Source: a candidate division Zixibacteria bacterium RBG_16_53_22
GTDB taxonomy: Bacteria > Zixibacteria > MSB-5A5 > UBA10806
Assembly (NCBI GenBank): GCA_001775395.1
Contig: MEWP01000160.1
Location: 266 to 64,265, forward strand
Direction: 5' to 3'
DNA: 64,000 nt
Shown here: piece after piece, positions 58,879 through 64,000 of the stretch
Position numbering within the stretch: position 1 is the first letter of the stretch
Layout: each line of letters starts with the position of its first letter
Translations under genes and position numbers: made by a program
Notes under the pieces: generated by a model
The model's database searches: none
What the model was told of the DNA's origin: nothing
The model's input: only the letters and a program-made list of their open reading frames with translations

Positions 58879-59670
58879 ATGAAATTTTGCAGACTGATGG
58901 CATTGTCGGTGCTGGCCATGACAGCCACGGTTTACGGCTCGCTGCCGCAACCTCTGGGATTCGTTTCAGATTATGTGGGATTGTTAGGCAGCCAGGAGGT
59001 TGATCGTATCACGCAGGCGGTGATGGCTATCGAGGCCAGCACGGGGGCCGAGATTGCTGTCATCATACAGGACACTCTCGGTGAATACGCCACTGTCGAA
59101 GAGACGGCGCTGGCCTACCTTTCAGAGTGGAAAATCGGGAAAAAGGGGACCGACAACGGGCTGGTCCTGTTAGTTGTGGTTGATCGATCTCGTCAACACG
59201 GGCAGTACAGATTTGAAACCGGGCGCGGGCTGGAGGGCGAATTACCCGATGGCCGCCTGGGCCAGATAGGTCGCGAGGACCTGGTGCCCTATTTCAGGCA
59301 GGGCGACTACGGCGGTGGGATTCTATCAGCGGTGGTCAGTATAGGCGAGGTTCTGGGGGCGGACATGAGCGCCTCCAGGCCCCAGAGGCGCCGGAGCAAC
59401 GGTTTTCCAACTCTGGGGATAATCATCGCGGTTTTCATACTGTTCATGATATTTGGGGGCGCCGGAAGAGGGGGACGCCGGGGATTCAGCGGCGGTACGG
59501 GCGGCTCCGACCTTTTATGGCTTATGCTCCTGGGAGGCATGGGGGGACGGCGGCGCGGCGGTGGATTCGGCGGAGGCGGTTTCGGAGGGGGCGGAGGTTT
59601 CGGCGGTGGATTCGGCGGCTTTGGCGGCGGCGGAGGCGGCGCCGGCGGTGGAGCCAGCGGCAGTTGGTAA
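58879..59670 (+). CDS. TPM-domain (YgcG-like) protein with signal peptide, TM helix and poly-Gly/Phe C-terminal tail
   Basis: 263 aa; TPM core (VVDRSRQHGQYRFETGRGLEG...), C-terminal GGFGGGGFGGGGGFGGGFGGFGGGGGGAGGG. Confidence 0.75.
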   Translation: MKFCRLMALSVLAMTATVYGSLPQPLGFVSDYVGLLGSQEVDRITQAVMAIEASTGAEIAVIIQDTLGEYATVEETALAYLSEWKIGKKGTDNGLVLLVVVDRSRQHGQYRFETGRGLEGELPDGRLGQIGREDLVPYFRQGDYGGGILSAVVSIGEVLGADMSASRPQRRRSNGFPTLGIIIAVFILFMIFGGAGRGGRRGFSGGTGGSDLLWLMLLGGMGGRRRGGGFGGGGFGGGGGFGGGFGGFGGGGGGAGGGASGSW

Positions 59671-59706
59671 GGGAACATTTTATGGTGCGTCGCACTATAA
59701 GATATT

Positions 59707-60282
59707 ATGAGGCTGATCAAGCGCCATAAGAATCGCAGGCTTTACGATTCCGAGCTTAAGAAGACTATAACTTTATCTGATATCAAATCATATATATTAA
59801 AAGATATCGACCTCAGGGTCGTAGATCACGTTAGCGGACGTGATATCACAATCCCGGTGCTGTCGCAAATCATCGGCACAAGCCGGGCCGATTTCAAGCG
59901 CTCGGGCGTGAAAGTGATAAACATGATCATCAGAAAGGGAGGAGTAGACATCATGGATATGTTCAAGAAGTTGGCTCTGGCCTCGATAGGCGCCGCTAAT
60001 CTGACCGCCGAGAAGCTGGAAGAGATGTTCGACGAGTTAGTGAAAAAGGGCGAGATGTCCGAGGACGAAAGATCGCGGGCAATCAAGGAATTCCTGGAAA
60101 AGACGGCCGAGTCGTCCGAAAAGGCGCGCAAGTGGACCGAGGATGCTTTTAAGAATATGTCGGCGAAATTCTCATCGAAATACAACGAGCAGATCGCCCA
60201 GCTTTCCGGCAGGATTGAGCAGCTCAACGTACGCCTGAATGAACTCGAGAAGAAGATCGAGGGCAAGTCCCCATCTCAATAA
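59707..60282 (+). CDS. PhaR-like polyhydroxyalkanoate-synthesis repressor (PHB_acc_N domain) with coiled-coil C-terminus
   Basis: MRLIKRHKNRRLYDSELKKTITLSDIKSYILKDIDLRVVDHVSGRDITIPVLSQII matches PhaR N-terminal DNA-binding domain. Confidence 0.7.
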   Translation: MRLIKRHKNRRLYDSELKKTITLSDIKSYILKDIDLRVVDHVSGRDITIPVLSQIIGTSRADFKRSGVKVINMIIRKGGVDIMDMFKKLALASIGAANLTAEKLEEMFDELVKKGEMSEDERSRAIKEFLEKTAESSEKARKWTEDAFKNMSAKFSSKYNEQIAQLSGRIEQLNVRLNELEKKIEGKSPSQ

Positions 60283-60367
60283 GCAGCATAATAAAGGCCC
60301 CCTTCATTTTCTCGATCGAAACCCGCCAATCGACGCGCGGGCCCTGGTCGAGGTACGGCAAAAACGA

Positions 60368-60397
60368 TTGACTCGATATCGTTGCCTCTCATATACT
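60368..60397 (+). promoter_or_regulatory. Candidate sigma70 promoter (TTGACT-18nt-TATACT) upstream of ABC1-kinase gene
   Basis: TTGACT 60368-60373, TATACT 60392-60397. Confidence 0.4.
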
Positions 60398-60450
60398 CAC
60401 AATCGGCATTTATTGCATGAAGGGGATATCGTGGTTGAGAAGGAGTTGGC

Positions 60451-62127
60451 ATGGCAATCAGACGCCCTGGCACAACTATCCGAAATATAAAACGTTACCG
60501 CGAGATAATAACCGTATTGATGAAATACGGATTCGGTGAGATAATTGGACGTCTGAACCTATATACCGCTTATCGGATCAGCCGCAAGATATTTCGCAGG
60601 ATTCCCGCGCCCGAGACATCCTACGCAGTCAGAATCAGATTGGCGCTGGAGGAGTTGGGGCCGACATTCGTGAAGCTCGGCCAGGTGCTTTCCATGCGCC
60701 CGTTCATGATCCCCGCCGAGTTGGCGGTGGAGCTGAGCAAGCTTCAGGATGAGGTTGCCCCGGTGGCCTCCGATGTTGCTATCAGGGCGATCGAAGATAA
60801 TCTCGGGCAGAGCATTCCCGAGGTCTTTATGTCGCTCGAGCCCTTGCCGGTGGCATCGGCATCTCTGTCGCAGGTCCACCACGCCGTTCTGCGCGACGGT
60901 ACCGCTGTGGTGGTCAAGATTCAGCGCCCCAATATCAAAAAGATCATCGATTCCGACCTGATTATTTTGCGCGAGCTCGCCGGTCTGTTGGTGAAATATG
61001 TCCCCGAAAGCCATCAATATGACCCGATTGGAATTGTCGACGAGCTGGCCAAGGCCACCCGTAAGGAGATCAATTTCCTGCTCGAGGCCAGAAATATCGA
61101 AACTTTCAAACGCAATTTCGAGAACGACCCTCGTATATATGTTCCCGGAGTATATTGGAAATTCACCACCCGTCATATGATCGTGATGGATCGTGTCGAT
61201 GGTATCAAGATTTCCGATATCGAAAAGCTGATCAATTCCGGTATCGATACGGCCGAGGTTTGCAGGGTCGGCGGTGACATGGTTTTCAAGATGGTTTTCG
61301 AGCACGGCTTCTTTCATGCCGATCCTCATCCCGGAAACCTTTTCGTTACCAGGTCCGGCCTCATCGCGCCGGTCGATTATGGCATGATGGGGGTGCTGTC
61401 GGCCACGCAACTGAACCAACTGGCCAATATCCTGGCGGCGGTGGTCTCCAACGATCCTGCGATGGTGGTCTACGCTTTCATTAAAGCCAGGGTCCTGCCC
61501 GACGATGCCAACCTGTCATCGATTGAAGCCGACTTGAATGAGATTATCACCCGATATCACAAGATTCCGTTGGCCCAGATTGACATGGGCACGGTCGCCG
61601 ATGAGTTTTTCGACGTTATCCGCAGGCATCAGATAAGGATGCAATCGGAATTCATGACATTTGCCAAGGCCCTGATCACGTATGAGGAGGTGGCCCGGAC
61701 GCTCGACCCAAACTACGATTTTATAAAGAGCGCCGAGCCATATGTAAGAAAACTGGCTGTCAAGAGATTCAAGCCATCCAGGATTAAGCGCGATATCCAG
61801 ATAGCCCTGACCGAAATGCACGATTTGATGGTGAAACTCCCGCTGGAGGTCGATGAGTTCTTGTCGAAGATCAACAAGGGGAAAATAAAAGTCGGCCTCG
61901 AGGTGCAGGGACTGGAGAAATTAATCCTGGAGCTGGACAAATCATCGAACCGCCTGTCATTCGCGCTGATCATCGCCTCCATAATAGTTGGATCATCGCT
62001 GATCATGACCTTGGATGTGGGGCTGAAAATATACGGCTTGCCGGCCCTGGGCTTGTTGGGATATATCTTCGCCGGAATCCTGGGAATGGGGCTGGCCTTA
62101 TCGATCTTACGTTCGGGGAAATTATAG
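60451..62127 (+). CDS. ABC1/UbiB (AarF) atypical kinase family protein
   Basis: 558 aa; ABC1 kinase motifs (VVVKIQRPNI, HADPHPGNL, VDYGMMG), C-terminal TM helices. Confidence 0.85.
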   Translation: MAIRRPGTTIRNIKRYREIITVLMKYGFGEIIGRLNLYTAYRISRKIFRRIPAPETSYAVRIRLALEELGPTFVKLGQVLSMRPFMIPAELAVELSKLQDEVAPVASDVAIRAIEDNLGQSIPEVFMSLEPLPVASASLSQVHHAVLRDGTAVVVKIQRPNIKKIIDSDLIILRELAGLLVKYVPESHQYDPIGIVDELAKATRKEINFLLEARNIETFKRNFENDPRIYVPGVYWKFTTRHMIVMDRVDGIKISDIEKLINSGIDTAEVCRVGGDMVFKMVFEHGFFHADPHPGNLFVTRSGLIAPVDYGMMGVLSATQLNQLANILAAVVSNDPAMVVYAFIKARVLPDDANLSSIEADLNEIITRYHKIPLAQIDMGTVADEFFDVIRRHQIRMQSEFMTFAKALITYEEVARTLDPNYDFIKSAEPYVRKLAVKRFKPSRIKRDIQIALTEMHDLMVKLPLEVDEFLSKINKGKIKVGLEVQGLEKLILELDKSSNRLSFALIIASIIVGSSLIMTLDVGLKIYGLPALGLLGYIFAGILGMGLALSILRSGKL

Positions 62128-62206
62128 GTTTATCCCGGGCGCCGCAAACTCGAATCCTCTTGACTGGTAACAGCAGTTAGGATATTTTCACCGGGGTACT
62201 GTGATT

Positions 62207-63256
62207 ATGTCTTTTGCTAATTTAAGCGATAGAGAAAAGCTGATCTTGAAGGTCTTGATCGACCATTATATCGGCTCGGCTGAACCGGTCAGTTCCGCGA
62301 TCCTGGCTCAGAAGTATGGCCTCGACCTTTCATCGGCCACCATCCGAAACACCATCAAGGACCTGGAGGGAATGGAGCTGGTCATGCAGCCGCACACCTC
62401 AGCCGGCCGGATACCGACAACGCTGGGATACCGGCTCTATGTCGATTATCTGTTGCGGCCGGAAAGGCTGAGCAAGACCGATAAGGAAAAAATCGAGAAG
62501 AATATCGCCGTGGAATACGTCGGTATCGATCAAATCCTCGAGCAGACATCGAGGGTGCTTGGCGACGTCTCCAGGCAGCTTGGTGTCGCCATTTCTCCGC
62601 GTTTCGAATCGGGTATCCTGACTCGGCTGGAGCTGGTTCCCGTGGCCGAAAGGCGGGTCCTGGTGGTTCTTGTCATGAAATCGGGGCTGGCTCGCACCGT
62701 GCTTCTCGAGGTCGAGAGCGAGCTTCAGGACCGGGGCCTTTATGAAACCGCCGCGATCCTAAACGAGCGGCTATGTGGGCTCTCGATCGGTGAAATAAAA
62801 AGCACTTTGAAAGAGAGGTTGGCGACACCGACTCTGGGCGACCCCCGCCTTATAAAGATGTTCATTGAGTCATCGGATGAGCTTCTGCGATTCTCGGATG
62901 ATATCGAGGTGCATCTGGGAGGCACAAAGCATATATTGAGCCAGCCCGAGTTCAAGAATCCGGCCAGAATCCGCGACCTGATTGATTTGATCGAGGAGCG
63001 GCAGGCGGTCTATGAATTGATGTCGAGGGCCGGCATGGAGGAGGGAATCTCCGTCACCATCGGCGTAGGTGGAATGAGGGGAGGGGCCAGGAAAGGTGAC
63101 GGCACAGAGGAGTTATCTCTCTTATCTTCTATTTACCAGGCGGGCCGTTTCAAGGGCACGATCGGTATCATCGGGCCGACGAGGATGCCGTATTCCAAGT
63201 TGCTCGGGATAGTCGATTATGCCGCCAAGCGGCTGTCCGAGGTATTATCAGAGTAG
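62207..63256 (+). CDS. hrcA: Heat-inducible transcription repressor HrcA
   Basis: MSFANLSDREKLILKVLIDHYIGSAEPVSSAIL winged-helix N-terminus; ORF may start at GTG 62201. Confidence 0.85.
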   Translation: MSFANLSDREKLILKVLIDHYIGSAEPVSSAILAQKYGLDLSSATIRNTIKDLEGMELVMQPHTSAGRIPTTLGYRLYVDYLLRPERLSKTDKEKIEKNIAVEYVGIDQILEQTSRVLGDVSRQLGVAISPRFESGILTRLELVPVAERRVLVVLVMKSGLARTVLLEVESELQDRGLYETAAILNERLCGLSIGEIKSTLKERLATPTLGDPRLIKMFIESSDELLRFSDDIEVHLGGTKHILSQPEFKNPARIRDLIDLIEERQAVYELMSRAGMEEGISVTIGVGGMRGGARKGDGTEELSLLSSIYQAGRFKGTIGIIGPTRMPYSKLLGIVDYAAKRLSEVLSE

Positions 63257-63317
63257 AGGCCTGGCTGGTTTCAGGCCGAAATCGAAAGATTCCATAATTT
63301 TCTCATGGGTGAGTGGA

Positions 63318-63827
63318 ATGGGCAGAAACTTGCATCCCGCCGCCGAATTGGCGGCTTATAAGACGGGGTTGACAAGGGAGGTCAACCGGGTCGATCAGCA
63401 AGACAGATACCTTCGGCTGGCGGCCGAGTTCGATAATTACAAGAAGCGGACCGCGCGTCAATTCGCCGATTTGGTCAGGAGCGCCAATGAGGAGCTCATA
63501 TTGGAAATTGTGGCGGTGCTGGATGATTTCGACCGCGCCCTGCAGACAATGAGTTCCGAAACGAGCGATAAGCAGTCGGCTGCGGCCGAGAGTGTTCTAT
63601 CGGGCATGAGGCTCGTATACGACAAGCTGATGAACATGCTCAAAGGAAGAGGGGTCAGCCAGTTCGATTCTATCGAACAGCCTTTCGACCCCCAGTTTCA
63701 TGATGCTGTCATGCAGATGCCGTCGGACAAGGAAGAGGGCACGGTCATCGGCGTCATTTCGCCGGGATATATCATGAACGAAAGGATTATCCGGCACGCC
63801 AAGGTAATTGTGGCTTCATCGAAATAG
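63318..63827 (+). CDS. grpE: Nucleotide exchange factor GrpE
   Basis: DNYKKRTARQFADLVRSANEELILEIVAVLDDFDRA ... GVISPGYIMNERIIRHAKV; start set at Met 63318 (ORF from 63219). Confidence 0.8.
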   Translation: MGRNLHPAAELAAYKTGLTREVNRVDQQDRYLRLAAEFDNYKKRTARQFADLVRSANEELILEIVAVLDDFDRALQTMSSETSDKQSAAAESVLSGMRLVYDKLMNMLKGRGVSQFDSIEQPFDPQFHDAVMQMPSDKEEGTVIGVISPGYIMNERIIRHAKVIVASSK

Positions 63828-63874
63828 CAGATATATAGCATCATCACTTTTGCAGCTAAGGAAAGGAATTTTTA

Positions 63875-64000
63875 ATGACCAAAGTTATTGCAGTGGTCAA
63901 TCAAAAAGGGGGCGTGGGCAAAACCACCACCTGCGTGAACCTCGGGGCGGCGCTATCGCAGAAGAGGTTCAAGGTATTATTAATTGATCTCGATCCCATG
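63875..64000 (+). CDS. ParA/Soj-family ATPase, N-terminal fragment (continues beyond window)
   Basis: [41 protein letters not shown] deviant Walker A. Confidence 0.7.
   Translation, partial: MTKVIAVVNQKGGVGKTTTCVNLGAALSQKRFKVLLIDLDPM

Noticed and set aside
59521-59650. Tandem GGC/GGT/TTC repeats resembling a short tandem repeat array
   Set aside because: They encode the poly-Gly/Phe tail of the TPM-domain protein in frame; irregular periodicity and no spacers, so neither CRISPR nor a VNTR outside coding.
60559-61419. 286-aa antisense ORF opposite the ABC1/UbiB kinase gene
   Set aside because: No motifs; the kinase frame has conserved ABC1 catalytic motifs.

Overview
This 64-kb window reads as bacterial chromosomal DNA of moderately high GC (about 55% by eye). 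It is densely coded on both strands, and most of it is housekeeping. I did not find a single convincing 'new system'; candidates are listed under findings.

Main blocks, in window order:
- tRNA-Cys(GCA) and tRNA-Leu(UAA) at 401-584, downstream of a strong sigma70-type promoter.
- A six-gene signalling locus at 690-6205: a GAF-PP2C phosphatase, an RsbW-like serine kinase, a STAS antagonist, a CheY-like receiver, a PAS histidine kinase and a sigma54-dependent NtrC-family regulator.
- An ECF-type transporter energising module (fused EcfA1/A2 plus EcfT) split by an opposite-strand MFS gene.
- A run of + strand genes: truA, tal, purB, psd, pssA, purS, purQ, tatA, iscR, iscS, iscU.
- An ECF sigma / anti-sigma pair and a MATE efflux gene.
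- The conserved minus-strand operon ffh-rpsP-KH-rimM-trmD-rplS-rnhB.
- rpe, a kinase-less PASTA protein, rsmB and an 858-aa radical-SAM fusion protein.
- LemA, the RNase P RNA (rnpB, type A) and recJ.
- A propionate / methylmalonyl-CoA cluster: meaB, split methylmalonyl-CoA mutase, acyl-CoA dehydrogenase, MBL hydrolase and a carboxyltransferase.
- A large secreted LVIVD-repeat protein with a dockerin-like C-terminus, downstream of an AT-rich 360-bp region.
- mtnA, then rplM-rpsI-rpsB-tsf-pyrH-frr-uppS-cdsA followed by a UbiA-family prenyltransferase and an NlpC/P60 peptidase.
- Several small proteins: YbjQ, zinc-ribbon/Yip1, DUF2752, a nucleoside-deoxyribosyltransferase-like protein, an FmdB zinc ribbon.
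- rlmN, a C-N hydrolase, a lone receiver, a TPM-domain protein, a PhaR-like protein, an UbiB/ABC1 kinase, hrcA, grpE and the start of parA.

The most unusual sequence-level signal is a pair of roughly 150-nt GC-rich intergenic elements at 18490-18637 and 36957-37109. Both are bounded by perfect terminal inverted repeats that share the core GGTTCCGCC...GCGGAACC, and both have a hairpin immediately inside each arm. This looks like a small repeat or structured-RNA family.

Other points worth a second look: the partner-switching-plus-two-component locus, the missing canonical start of the receiver gene at 2956, the LVIVD/dockerin protein, the UbiA-family gene coupled to uppS-cdsA, and the kinase-less PASTA protein.

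All calls rest on reading translated ORFs and sequence motifs by eye. No database search or folding computation was run.
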